Origin: an uncultured Poribacteria bacterium
Lineage (GTDB): Bacteria; Poribacteria; WGA-4E; WGA-3G
Length of the DNA stretch: 64,000 bases
Reading direction: 5' to 3'
Assembly: GCA_951813565.1 (NCBI GenBank)
Contig: OX638351.1
Location: 32,001-96,000 of the forward strand
Positions 48,285 through 57,583 of the stretch are shown here, in pieces (the first letter of the stretch is position 1; every line of letters begins with the position of its first letter). Below the pieces are notes generated by a model. The model saw only the letters and a list, made by a program, of their open reading frames with translations. It ran no database searches and was not told the origin of the DNA. Both the position numbers and the translations under genes were made by a program.

Positions 48285-48686
48285 AGGGTTATTTAGTTTT
48301 CGATTTTTCGGCTATATTTTCACATTTTAATATAAACTAATACGTATGCAAAGTAGTAGGCACACGCCGTGGGTTTCCGTCCACCCAAAATGTAAAGCGG
48401 ATGGCACGCGGAGCGTGCCTGCTTACCATGTCTAAATCAACGTCAAGTGCGCTTATGGCATTCGTCGGGTGCTAAGATGCGATTTGCCAAAGCCTCGGAG
48501 AGGCGAAAGGTGTATAGTAAGCGTTGATCCCGCCAATAGCAAGCCCCAGAGGGGCGAAAGGTGTATCCGATGCACAAATGCTAAACGCTAAATTGACGCC
48601 TATGGGTTTCGCAAACTCTACCCGAAGGACGATATAAACTATCAGTAAAACTCAGTAACTGATAATTCTTAAAACTAAATAACCCT
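48285..48686. mobile_element. MITE family D (composite with REPs and a MITE-B end)
   Basis: Perfect 16-bp inverted ends AGGGTTATTTAGTTTT...AAAACTAAATAACCCT; internal GTAGTAGGCACAC/CGTGCCTGCTTAC pair and two AAGCC..GAG.GGCGAAAGGTGTAT repeats. Confidence 0.75.
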
Positions 48687-48704
48687 ACCCTGCTCCAGGA
48701 TGGC

Positions 48705-48733
48705 TTGACTTTCTCATCGATGTATCGTAAAAT
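48705..48733 (+). promoter_or_regulatory. sigma70 promoter
   Basis: TTGACT-N17-TAAAAT. Confidence 0.6.
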
Positions 48734-48798
48734 AAGGTTGCAAAACAGTGATGAGATTATAAGATGTGCAAGCAAAGTCAAAACACATTTAGGAGATA

Positions 48799-49695
48799 AT
48801 GATGGCAAAAGTAGGACTAATCGGCGTTGGTAATATGGGCACGGGCATGTCAAAAAATATATTGAAAGCTGAACATGAACTCACGGTGTACGATGTCAGA
48901 ACGGAACCACTAAAAATGCTTTCACAATTGGGGGCACATGCCGCGGCTTCTCCAAAAGAGGTAGGAGAAGCTGCTGATGCAGTTTTTATCATGGTGCTCA
49001 ACGTCGATCAGGTCAAAGAAGTGCTCCTAACTGAAAACGGTTTGTTAGCAGGATTAAAACCGGGAGCAACGGTTATTTGCACCGCGACTATTGGACGTGC
49101 AGAAGTAATAGAGGTTTCAGAACTTATAACAGCAAACGGGTTCAATATTATTGATTCTCCTGTTAGTGGTGGGGCACCGGGCGCAGCCGCAGCAACACTC
49201 ACAATGATGGTTGCAGCAAAAAAAGATGTTTTTGAAGCATCAATGCCAGTACTTGAAGCAGTTGGGAGGGATATCTACCACGTTGGAGAAGAAATCGGAA
49301 TGGGACAAACCGTTAAGTCAGCACTTGCAGTCCTGACCGGTGTCACTTACGCAGGTATATTTGAAGCATTGACGCTGGCTGTCAAGGCAGGTGTAAAACC
49401 GGAAACGTTACGTGAGGTTGTTAGTACAAGCGTTGTCGGTAATTTTCTCTTTAAGGATACAACGGAAAACATATTAGAACGAAACTTTAAGGGACAGAGC
49501 AATATTGGAACGATGTATAAAGACCTTAGTCTTGCGAAAAGTATGGCAAATGATTGTGGAGTCCCTCTGTTTGCGGCGAGCGCTGCCTTTGAGTTATTTC
49601 AAGCAGGGAAAGCAGTGAATCCTGATGAGGATAATTGGACAATTATTAAAATACTCGAAAGCATAGCGGGTATTGAAATAAGAAAAACGGAATAA
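48799..49695 (+). CDS. beta-hydroxyacid dehydrogenase (3-hydroxyisobutyrate/L-threonate dehydrogenase family)
   Basis: GLIGVGNMG, DSPVSGG, GQTVK, MYKDL. Confidence 0.9.
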   Translation: MMAKVGLIGVGNMGTGMSKNILKAEHELTVYDVRTEPLKMLSQLGAHAAASPKEVGEAADAVFIMVLNVDQVKEVLLTENGLLAGLKPGATVICTATIGRAEVIEVSELITANGFNIIDSPVSGGAPGAAAATLTMMVAAKKDVFEASMPVLEAVGRDIYHVGEEIGMGQTVKSALAVLTGVTYAGIFEALTLAVKAGVKPETLREVVSTSVVGNFLFKDTTENILERNFKGQSNIGTMYKDLSLAKSMANDCGVPLFAASAAFELFQAGKAVNPDEDNWTIIKILESIAGIEIRKTE

Positions 49696-49742
49696 TGTTA
49701 TGGAACACACCCTCCAATAAAATAGAATTGAAAGGCAATATA

Positions 49743-50642
49743 ATGCAAAATGTTGAACAACAAGTTTTCAGTTCATCTAATACCCCAAAATTAGGGGTCA
49801 TCACAGATGGAATTAGTAGGGATTTTGAGTATGCGCTTGATACTATGGTCAGAACTGGGTTGGAATATGTTGAATTGCAGTATCTTTGGGAGAAGCAGGT
49901 TGGTGAGTTAACTGATGCGGATGTTGAACGCGTTAAAAATCTAATAGAGGCACGGAATTTAAAGGTATCGTGTATCTCACATCACAATTTGGCAGGAATT
50001 CCTGTTAATACTGCAGTAGACGCGCCAGCATATCAAGACCAACTTCACACGTTACAACGGTGCATAGATATTGCGCAGACACTCGGAACAAATCTGGTTC
50101 GGATATTCAGTTTCCAAAAGGAGATGGTACTCTTTGGTGCAGAGCCAATTGTTTCCGAGGGTGCGTGGATAACACTCTTGAACCGATTAGAAGAACCGCT
50201 ACAAATTGCAGAAGCAGCAAAAATTACGCTTGTTATTGAGACTGCTATCTCCTCAAACATTACATCGGCTCTACTTGCTCGAAAATTGATAGATGAATTA
50301 GCCTCAAAACATCTGAAAGTTCTCTGGGATCCGTGTAGTTCCCTCTATTGTACCGAAGTGCCATATCCAGATGGATATGAAATTATCCGTGAGCACATCG
50401 CGCATATCCATCTTAAAGATGGAATTGTTAATCTTCCTGCTGCTACTTTTGATTTCTGTGCGATGGGTCAAGGACAGATGCCACCTTACTACACAGATAT
50501 TGTAAACGCGTTAAAAAGTGATGGGTATCAAGGAACAATTTCCTTAGAGAGTGTATACACCCCGGAGAATGGCACACGAGAGGATGGGTTTAAAGAATCA
50601 TTACCGGTATTTAAGGAATTGATGGAATCGCTGAGAAACTAA
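49743..50642 (+). CDS. sugar phosphate isomerase/epimerase (xylose-isomerase-like TIM barrel)
   Basis: ITDG, VRIFSF, IET, WDP, HIHLKD, SLE metal ligands. Confidence 0.85.
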   Translation: MQNVEQQVFSSSNTPKLGVITDGISRDFEYALDTMVRTGLEYVELQYLWEKQVGELTDADVERVKNLIEARNLKVSCISHHNLAGIPVNTAVDAPAYQDQLHTLQRCIDIAQTLGTNLVRIFSFQKEMVLFGAEPIVSEGAWITLLNRLEEPLQIAEAAKITLVIETAISSNITSALLARKLIDELASKHLKVLWDPCSSLYCTEVPYPDGYEIIREHIAHIHLKDGIVNLPAATFDFCAMGQGQMPPYYTDIVNALKSDGYQGTISLESVYTPENGTREDGFKESLPVFKELMESLRN

Positions 50643-50661
50643 TGAGGTAAGGAACATATTA

Positions 50662-50761
50662 CCATAAGCGTCAATTCAGCAAGTGCAATATGTGCGTTTA
50701 ATGTTGATTCGGACAAAAGGGAAATCTTATAATATCAGGCTTATAAACCCTCCCACAAGAG
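50662..50761. repeat. decayed MITE-B remnant
   Basis: CCATAAGCGTCAATTCAG end, GTTGATTCG unit remnant and CCCTCCCACAAGAG REP half. Confidence 0.6.
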
Positions 50762-50843
50762 AAGCAGTTAATGTCAAAACTTTCCACATGCTAACCTTAC
50801 ATGTTTTTTGAAATTACCCCTGATTGTAATAATTTATTGGTAA

Positions 50844-51911
50844 ATGAATAAACAATTGTCCCCCAAATCACATAAGATCGTTATTCTTGCCGAAGAGTCA
50901 TTCGGTGTTCTTGAATCTAAAACTGCTACTGTTTTGGTGCGTTATCTTCCTGACAACGTTGTCGCAGTGATTGATAGCACGAAAGCGGAAAAAGATGTAA
51001 GCGAAGTCATTGAAATAGGCAGAGGAATTCCGGTTGTCCGCAGTCTTGCCGAGGCGATGCGGTTTGAACCGACAATGTTGGCTATCGGCATAGCACCCCC
51101 CGGTGGCGAGTTGCCTGAGGCGTGGCGTTCTATTCTCTGTGAAGCGATCAGAAGCGGACTACACATCATGAGTGGTCTCCACCATTTTTTGAGCGATAAC
51201 GCGGAACTCTCGGAGTTGGCAGCGACACATAATGTGGTGCTATGGGACGCACGTAAACCACCAAAGAACTTACCTGTGGCAACTTGTAAAGCTGCGGATG
51301 TAGATGCAACTGTTATTCTCACTGTCGGTTCAGATTGCCGCGTTGGGAAAATGCTCTCTGGTATAGAGATTACAAATGCTGCAAGGGAAAGGGAACTCAA
51401 TGCTGAATTTTGTCCAACTGGGCAGAACGGTATCATGGTGTGGGGTTGGGGTATTGCAATTGATGCTGTCGTCTCTGATTTTACCGCTGGTGCTGCTGAG
51501 CAGATTGTGCTTGAAGGTGCAAGAAATCACGACCTACTAATCGTTGAAGGACAGGGGTCGTTGGTGCATCCTGGATATTCGGGAGTGACGTTGAGTCTAC
51601 TCCATGGCAGCATGCCTGATGCGATGATATTTTGTCATCAACCCTCGCGGAAAGAAGTTGCGCGGTATACGGTGCCTTTGCCCTCTTTAACCGAGATGAT
51701 AACACATTATGAGATGTTAACTGCACCTATAAAACCTGCAAAGGTGATCGGATTAGCACTCAATTGTTTCGATTTGTCTGAAAAGGAAGCACATGCAGCA
51801 ATTACTGCTGCGGAGTCGGAAACTGGGTTACCTGCTACAGATGTCGTGCGGTTTGGTGCTGAGAAGTTGGTTGATGCCGTTCAGAAAATATATCAAGACA
51901 ATAAACGATAG
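50844..51911 (+). CDS. DUF1611 family protein (DgcN-like)
   Basis: IGIAPPGGELP, SGLH, TVGSDCRVGK, TGQNGI, DAVVSDF, VEGQGSL.HP.YS.VTL.LLHG. Confidence 0.88.
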   Translation: MNKQLSPKSHKIVILAEESFGVLESKTATVLVRYLPDNVVAVIDSTKAEKDVSEVIEIGRGIPVVRSLAEAMRFEPTMLAIGIAPPGGELPEAWRSILCEAIRSGLHIMSGLHHFLSDNAELSELAATHNVVLWDARKPPKNLPVATCKAADVDATVILTVGSDCRVGKMLSGIEITNAARERELNAEFCPTGQNGIMVWGWGIAIDAVVSDFTAGAAEQIVLEGARNHDLLIVEGQGSLVHPGYSGVTLSLLHGSMPDAMIFCHQPSRKEVARYTVPLPSLTEMITHYEMLTAPIKPAKVIGLALNCFDLSEKEAHAAITAAESETGLPATDVVRFGAEKLVDAVQKIYQDNKR

Positions 51912-51945
51912 TATTCAGCAAATTTCATTAGTCGGGAGATATTTT

Positions 51946-52194
51946 ATGGTTACTCGTGAGTGGTTAGTAGAAACCGAAACTCCTCATACTGTTAGAGTTG
52001 ATCATTGGAGTACTTGGTCTGGCAAAATCCATATCTATGTTGACGATGAGTTAATCTTTGAAAGACGTTCAAAATTATCGGACACAGGGGTGGAACATCG
52101 TTTCAAAGTTGACGGATTACCTTATATCATCAGAATTCTGTACCGGACAGGGCATTATGAATATGAACTGTGGGTTGACGGTAAACTGCAGTAA
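51946..52194 (+). CDS. small all-beta protein resembling the FAIM1 domain
   Basis: GGGAG RBS; W.V....H.V.V.H...SGK..IYVD...G..F.V...I.I...YEY.L.VDGK pattern. Confidence 0.6.
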   Translation: MVTREWLVETETPHTVRVDHWSTWSGKIHIYVDDELIFERRSKLSDTGVEHRFKVDGLPYIIRILYRTGHYEYELWVDGKLQ

Positions 52195-52294
52195 TTTAAT
52201 CAAATGAATTATGGATATTTTAGTGAAATCTAAATATGGTACCAGTCTTGGTAGGTCCGGTTTCCTAACCGAACTTATATAATTGGAGGAAACG

Positions 52295-52516
52295 ATGCGT
52301 ATTTCAAAACGTAGTCGATCCGTTATATTTGTGGCGGTAATATTTTCTTTCGTTGTAGGGTTCTCAATGATTTTGCACCCTGAAACTTACTCAATGGAGC
52401 CGTTCATGTTGGCTGCTATAGCTACCATGTTGGCAGGAATTTACGTTGAATTGAACGAAATGAATAAACAGAGGCGCGAATCGGATAAACGCCTGTCGGA
52501 AACAGAGAAAATGTAA
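52295..52516 (+). CDS. small two-helix membrane protein
   Basis: GGAGG RBS; two hydrophobic segments. Confidence 0.6.
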   Translation: MRISKRSRSVIFVAVIFSFVVGFSMILHPETYSMEPFMLAAIATMLAGIYVELNEMNKQRRESDKRLSETEKM

Positions 52517-52633
52517 CTACCGAATGAAGTAGGGAGAACTTATCTTAACTCTCGTTGAAATATCGATTTCAACCCTACATAGTCTGGTCTATATCGTTTA
52601 AGTCTTAACCTGTTTATAATTTTGGAGGTAAAA

Positions 52634-53023
52634 ATGAGAAGCGACATTCTTGTAACAACCGGGGATATTAATCAGGATTACCAGATCATAGGTCCTGTTT
52701 ACTTTCAGATATCAAATAAAGGGATTTTCTCAAATGCCCTTTCTAAACTCGTCAAACAATACGAAGCAGAAATCATAGATATGAAAAGAAGTGGGCAAAT
52801 GGGAGAGGATCGGGCCGATTGGGGATTCTTGTACGGTGAGTGGAGTGTGGGTCAAAGTGATTTTGAAAAGGCATTTTTCGTTTCAGTTGAAGAGCTGAAA
52901 AAACGCGCAGCACTTTTAGGAGCTGACGCAATTATAAGTATGCGTCAAGATATTGACTTGGATACGAATAGCTTTCAATACTTTTATCTTCAGATGTACG
53001 GAACTGCAGTAAAATTAAGTTAG
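52634..53023 (+). CDS. YbjQ/UPF0145-like putative heavy-metal-binding protein
   Basis: VTTGDI..DYQIIG, ELKKRAALLGADAII..R.D.D, YGTAVK. Confidence 0.8.
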   Translation: MRSDILVTTGDINQDYQIIGPVYFQISNKGIFSNALSKLVKQYEAEIIDMKRSGQMGEDRADWGFLYGEWSVGQSDFEKAFFVSVEELKKRAALLGADAIISMRQDIDLDTNSFQYFYLQMYGTAVKLS

Positions 53024-53123
53024 GTCGTTGTTTTGCCCACTCTTGTGGACATCATTGTAGAAATGCTTGCGGATGTGCTACGCGAGGAAATGAACAGCCT
53101 TTTCTACTTTTCTATTGTCCTAC

Positions 53124-54233
53124 CTAAGAAACACTCCGATTTCTTGCGGTGACCTCCCACGTTCCTTGACAATACCCATCGGCATCTATCAGATAATAAA
53201 ACGGATGCAACGCAACACATGGACAGATATGTGTCGGACAAACGTAAACCTCTTGTCCGATTTGTATCGGTGTGTCTTTAGGGACATTTACTGCCCAATG
53301 TTCCTCGTGTTGTGTGTCCACCTCAGTATCATCAATATTCAAAATGATTCCGCGCACGCCATCAGGGTCAGCTGCGATGGCTTTATGCCCCAAATCAAGG
53401 GTGATTCGGTTTGGGGTCGGTATGCTAATGACGCGGCTCAGCAGTAGTGCTGCGGGAATAAAACCGAGGTCAGGATAACGCGTGGTATAACCGTAATCAT
53501 GGAAAATAAAAGTGCCTGGGGATGCTTCTACCCCTGGTGTTTCAGCGTAGATCGGAAATGTCGGTGTACCACCCATCACAATCAACGGCACAGCAAGTCC
53601 TTTAGCAGAAAGCATGTCCTGCATCTCTTCAACTTGTGCGAGACTTTGATTGCAAGCGTCTCTACGGGCAACAATATCTTCATCGTGGATATGTCCATCG
53701 TATACATGTAATCCACACGGCTGTAAACTATCTGATCGATCAATGGATTCGTATATCTCCACAGCGATGTCTCCGACAGGCACACCGGTGCGATTCATTC
53801 CTACATCAAGGTCAAGCATGACTTTAACGCTCAATCCAAGCTTCTCCGCTGCTGTAGAGAGTGCTGCCACTGCTTCCAAATGGTCAACAATCACCTTAAA
53901 ATCTGCATTTGGATACCGCTGCTGTAGTAACAGAAAGCGGTTGATATTAGGGCCTACCATCTGGTAAGCGATCAAAATATCCTCTATGCCGTTTTGCGCG
54001 AGCATTTCTGCCTCTCGCAGCGTGGCACATTTATGCTTGAGGATACCCGCTTCACGTTCCATTTCAATTATTTCCGCTGTTTTGTGCGTCTTCACATGAG
54101 GTCTGAGTTTTTTGACATCACCATCAACAGTAGCGATAGCGCGCGCTATATTCTGCTGAACCAGTGGGAGATAGACAACAAGTGCGGGACTCGGTATATT
54201 TTCAACGTTTTGAATACGATATTTCTGATCCAT
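53124..54233 (-). CDS. fold-type III PLP enzyme, D-threonine aldolase/D-serine dehydratase family
   Basis: LRPHVKTHK, DVGMNRTG, YDGH, GGTPT, DLGHKA, EEH, HICP. Confidence 0.9.
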   Translation of the reverse strand: MDQKYRIQNVENIPSPALVVYLPLVQQNIARAIATVDGDVKKLRPHVKTHKTAEIIEMEREAGILKHKCATLREAEMLAQNGIEDILIAYQMVGPNINRFLLLQQRYPNADFKVIVDHLEAVAALSTAAEKLGLSVKVMLDLDVGMNRTGVPVGDIAVEIYESIDRSDSLQPCGLHVYDGHIHDEDIVARRDACNQSLAQVEEMQDMLSAKGLAVPLIVMGGTPTFPIYAETPGVEASPGTFIFHDYGYTTRYPDLGFIPAALLLSRVISIPTPNRITLDLGHKAIAADPDGVRGIILNIDDTEVDTQHEEHWAVNVPKDTPIQIGQEVYVCPTHICPCVALHPFYYLIDADGYCQGTWEVTARNRSVS

Positions 54234-54271
54234 TTCATTACCTCTCTGTAGGATTAGCCTCTTTTTCCTAT

Positions 54272-54883
54272 TTAGCGAGCGTTAAACCGATTCATTGCTG
54301 TCCGAATATCGTCTTGAACGAACGTTTCAACTGCTTCAACTGCGCGTTTGACGGTATCTTCAATCTCAATTTCTTCTTCCTTTGAGAATTCAGAAAGGAC
54401 ATAATCTGTTAAGTCACCGACAGGTTTGCCAATGCCGATGCGCAAACGTGGGAACTCAGTTGTCCCAAGGTGATGGATAATAGATTGCATGCCTTTTTGA
54501 CCGCCGGCAGTTCCCTTTTGTCGTATCCGAATTGTCCCGATGTCCAAGTGAATATCATCATAGATGATACAGAGGTCCGTAAGAGAGACCTCAAACCGAT
54601 TGATGAGGGCAGCGACAGCAGATCCGCTGTTATTCATATATGTCATCGGTTTGGCAAGGATAATGGGCAAACCGTTCCAGATAGTCTGAATGACGAGTGA
54701 TCGATAGATAGAGGTTACGCGCTTTGCAGAAACATTTTCAGAACTCTGTACTGATAGCATCTTGTCGTAGATTGTATCAATCACTCGGAAACCAATATTG
54801 TGTTTAGTATGCTCGTAGCGCGAACCAGGGTTGCCGAGTCCGACGATGAGTTTCACTGGTTTTTCTTCGCTGTGTCCTGACAT
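54272..54883 (-). CDS. pth: peptidyl-tRNA hydrolase
   Basis: LIVGLGNPG..YE.TKHNIGF, KPMTYMNNSG, RLRIGIG. Confidence 0.95.
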   Translation of the reverse strand: MSGHSEEKPVKLIVGLGNPGSRYEHTKHNIGFRVIDTIYDKMLSVQSSENVSAKRVTSIYRSLVIQTIWNGLPIILAKPMTYMNNSGSAVAALINRFEVSLTDLCIIYDDIHLDIGTIRIRQKGTAGGQKGMQSIIHHLGTTEFPRLRIGIGKPVGDLTDYVLSEFSKEEEIEIEDTVKRAVEAVETFVQDDIRTAMNRFNAR

Positions 54884-54908
54884 TGCACGGTTAAATATAG
54901 TATTACAC

Positions 54909-55523
54909 TCAAAACCGCAAGGGTTGAGATAGGTTGATATGTCCAGTGAGTTTCTCTACTTCTTTACCGTCGATAAGAAATTGGACATGTTTAACATTGT
55001 CCGGAAACGCGTCAAAGACAGTTTTAAGAATAGCAATTACTGTTAACAATTCAGCTGTTGTTCCGCCGATATGTCCATCCCTAAGATGATGTGAAAAATC
55101 CAAATATGCGGTCTTTTGACTATCTATGTAGACTTCGTTAAGTAGTGTCCCTCGTGGAATTGGATTTCTGTAGTTGGGAGGTGTTTCCTTAACAAGTGTT
55201 GATACTATCTGTTTCAACCGTTCGATTGGTTCGGAATAGAGTCGAAGTTCGACTTTAACAGGGGTAATTTCAAGGGATGTTGCGTTTAATAGAAAAATGT
55301 TCACCTGTTCTGGGGGCGGTAACTTATTTGAAGGGTTAGCTGCGTCTGGTAGTTTTGGCGGTGCATCTTGAATTCTTATTTGTTTAGAATGGGAAATTAA
55401 CACAAGTGTAATAGCAAGTCCGCTTACAATGGCAACCAACGTAATGCCCCATATTATAAAGAGCTTTGAGTGGATAATTTTTCGGAAGAGATTCACTTTT
55501 TTGCTCCAAAAGATTCTCTGCAC
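54909..55523 (-). CDS. GerMN domain membrane-anchored protein
   Basis: TM helix, IPRGTLL, AYLDFS, VQFLIDG...L.GH. Start uncertain. Confidence 0.8.
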   Translation of the reverse strand: MQRIFWSKKVNLFRKIIHSKLFIIWGITLVAIVSGLAITLVLISHSKQIRIQDAPPKLPDAANPSNKLPPPEQVNIFLLNATSLEITPVKVELRLYSEPIERLKQIVSTLVKETPPNYRNPIPRGTLLNEVYIDSQKTAYLDFSHHLRDGHIGGTTAELLTVIAILKTVFDAFPDNVKHVQFLIDGKEVEKLTGHINLSQPLRF

Positions 55524-55599
55524 CTATGTTCTTAATGTTGGGAAATGAGATGTTCCCTATAGAAAAACGGCATCTTATCTACGCCCAGATATTCTTTTT

Positions 55600-56754
55600 T
55601 TAAAATCCGTTAAGATTGGCTGACTGATTCACCGATGTAGAATATTTTTGTATGGCACGTATGATACCTTCAGCTATCTCGGCGATATGGTCAGGATTGG
55701 AGAGGCGGGTAGCATCATCTATATTAGAGAGATAGCCGAGTTCTAATAACACAGCTGGCATGTGGACATCCGCTAAGGTTATTAGAGGAAATTCAGAGAT
55801 GACAATCGGGTTTTCAGCCAAAAAATTCAACTCTTTCTGAAGGACAGATGCAAAATCTTGGCTCTGCTTCAAAAAATTGACTTGAGTAAGAATGTTTAAA
55901 CGTTTTTTTCCAAGTACTGGCAGGGCAGTAGTTTTGAATCGGATTTGCCCGTTTGGATTATTGATGTAAAGTCTTATCCCTTTATGATTTGGTAAAAACG
56001 AAGCGTTGCAATGCAGACTAACAAACAGTTGTCCTTGATTACGGTTGGTGGTTTGGACACGTTGAATCCGTGTTTTTTTTATATCTTGGTCGCGGGTTAG
56101 ACGGATGGAAAGCCCATGTTGGTTACTGAGTTTTTGGATTTCTTTTGCGACATTCAGAACAACATCCTTTTCAAAAAGTCCATTTTGGCTTTTACAACCG
56201 AGGTCATCTTCTCCTCCATGACCAGGATCAATAATTATTATCCAGTCACGAGTGCCATCAGGTATTTCAGTTGCCCATACGGTTTTAGGCATTATTCTGA
56301 TTCGTTGAAGGGTATGGTTATATTGGACCTCAACGTCATCAAGGTGTGGCAGTATCTGTTTAAAAAAATCAATAGGCAACATAGGTTGACCTTGAATTGC
56401 GAGTGGTGGCGCGTTGAGGATGAACGTCTGTTTACCGGGATCAATTTTGACTGTGGTATTTCCCATTCGTAATCGGAGTTCCTTACCTTTAGTTTTTAAG
56501 GTAAGTTGTTTTCTTGGATGATCGTATGGGTGTGTCATCTCCGAATCGAAGACGGTTTTGAGTGTTTCGGCAGGCAGGTATACTATTTCTTGATGAAGTG
56601 TGAATTCTACTTCGGCAAGAGTTTCACCTTCACCACCAATAAAACGCACGGTTGATGCTTGCGCAATACCGTGCGTTGCGGAAACTAATATAACAATGAA
56701 TAAGAAGATGGGTAAAGTTTCAAATGGGCGTAACCACATGTTGCGTAACCACAT
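55600..56754 (-). CDS. N-acetylmuramoyl-L-alanine amidase (Amidase_3) with N-terminal stalk domain
   Basis: IDPGHGG, EKD, SLHCN, PAVLLELGYLSN. Confidence 0.9.
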   Translation of the reverse strand: MWLRNMWLRPFETLPIFLFIVILVSATHGIAQASTVRFIGGEGETLAEVEFTLHQEIVYLPAETLKTVFDSEMTHPYDHPRKQLTLKTKGKELRLRMGNTTVKIDPGKQTFILNAPPLAIQGQPMLPIDFFKQILPHLDDVEVQYNHTLQRIRIMPKTVWATEIPDGTRDWIIIIDPGHGGEDDLGCKSQNGLFEKDVVLNVAKEIQKLSNQHGLSIRLTRDQDIKKTRIQRVQTTNRNQGQLFVSLHCNASFLPNHKGIRLYINNPNGQIRFKTTALPVLGKKRLNILTQVNFLKQSQDFASVLQKELNFLAENPIVISEFPLITLADVHMPAVLLELGYLSNIDDATRLSNPDHIAEIAEGIIRAIQKYSTSVNQSANLNGF

Positions 56755-56762
56755 GTTGATAG

Positions 56763-57479
56763 TTATTCCGCGTCTTCGTCGTCACTACGGCGTCTACGTG
56801 AAATTAACTCGGGTTCAGTGCGTTCTTCAGCATCATCACCTTCGCCTTCTTCACCTTCGCCTTCTTCACCTTCGCCTTCTTCACCTTCGCCTTCTTCACC
56901 TTCTACGACTTCTTCAACTTGGACACGTGGATGACTGACAGATACTATCATCCGCTGGAGGTCATCTAATACTTCAACTTCATCATCCAGTTCTATGTCT
57001 TGGACATAGATGATATCGCCTATATCTAAGTTGGTTACGTCTACACTGATCTCATTTGGCATCAATGCGGGTAGACAATTAAGAGTGAGGGCGCGGAGTG
57101 GAAATTCAGTAACACCGCCTTCTTGTGCCCCAGCAGGCGTGCCGACTAAAACTATTGGCACAGTTGATGTAACAGGTTCATCTAAAGAGATTCGAATAAA
57201 ATCTGCATGGAGCAAAACCCGTTTCTCAACTGGATGGCGTTGAATTTCTTTGATAATGGCAGGTTCAGAATTGCCTTCGGTGATTTCCATATTAACGATA
57301 ACGTTTTCACCGTATGTTCTAAGGAATTGTTTTAATGCGCGTTCATTGATTTGCAGTGCAACGGTATCCTGTTTCCGTCCGTATAGGACAGCAGGGACAT
57401 CACCAGATTGACGAATTACCCGTGCGTTTTTCTTACCGAAACTGCTTCGTTGTTGAACATCTAATTTTGCTTGCTGCAT
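56763..57479 (-). CDS. rplY: 50S ribosomal protein L25/Ctc with acidic tail
   Basis: R..G.VPAVLYG, IKEIQRHPV, HADF; 15-bp repeat x4.5 (56836-56903) encoding EEGEG. Confidence 0.95.
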   Translation of the reverse strand: MQQAKLDVQQRSSFGKKNARVIRQSGDVPAVLYGRKQDTVALQINERALKQFLRTYGENVIVNMEITEGNSEPAIIKEIQRHPVEKRVLLHADFIRISLDEPVTSTVPIVLVGTPAGAQEGGVTEFPLRALTLNCLPALMPNEISVDVTNLDIGDIIYVQDIELDDEVEVLDDLQRMIVSVSHPRVQVEEVVEGEEGEGEEGEGEEGEGEEGEGDDAEERTEPELISRRRRSDDEDAE

Positions 57480-57511
57480 TTTAATCTTCTAACCTTTTCT
57501 CTGTAAATTAA

Positions 57512-57583
57512 CAGGGCGGGTAGGATTCGAACCTACGCATGCAGGTGCCAAAGACCTGTGCCTTACCACTTGGCCACCGCCCT
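57512..57583 (-). tRNA. tRNA-Gln(TTG)
   Basis: AGGGCGG TGGCCAAGTGGTAAGGC A CAGGT-CTTTGGC-ACCTG...GTAGGTTCGAATCCTAC CCGCCCT G. Confidence 0.92.

Noticed and set aside
52251..52580. Isolated GTAGG-type REP remnants (similar ones near 1426, 31750, 60545)
   Set aside because: Too degenerate to delimit individually; treated as background of the repeat families reported.
56729..56758. 15-bp duplication at the amidase start (MWLRNMWLR)
   Set aside because: Simple local duplication that only makes the start codon ambiguous.
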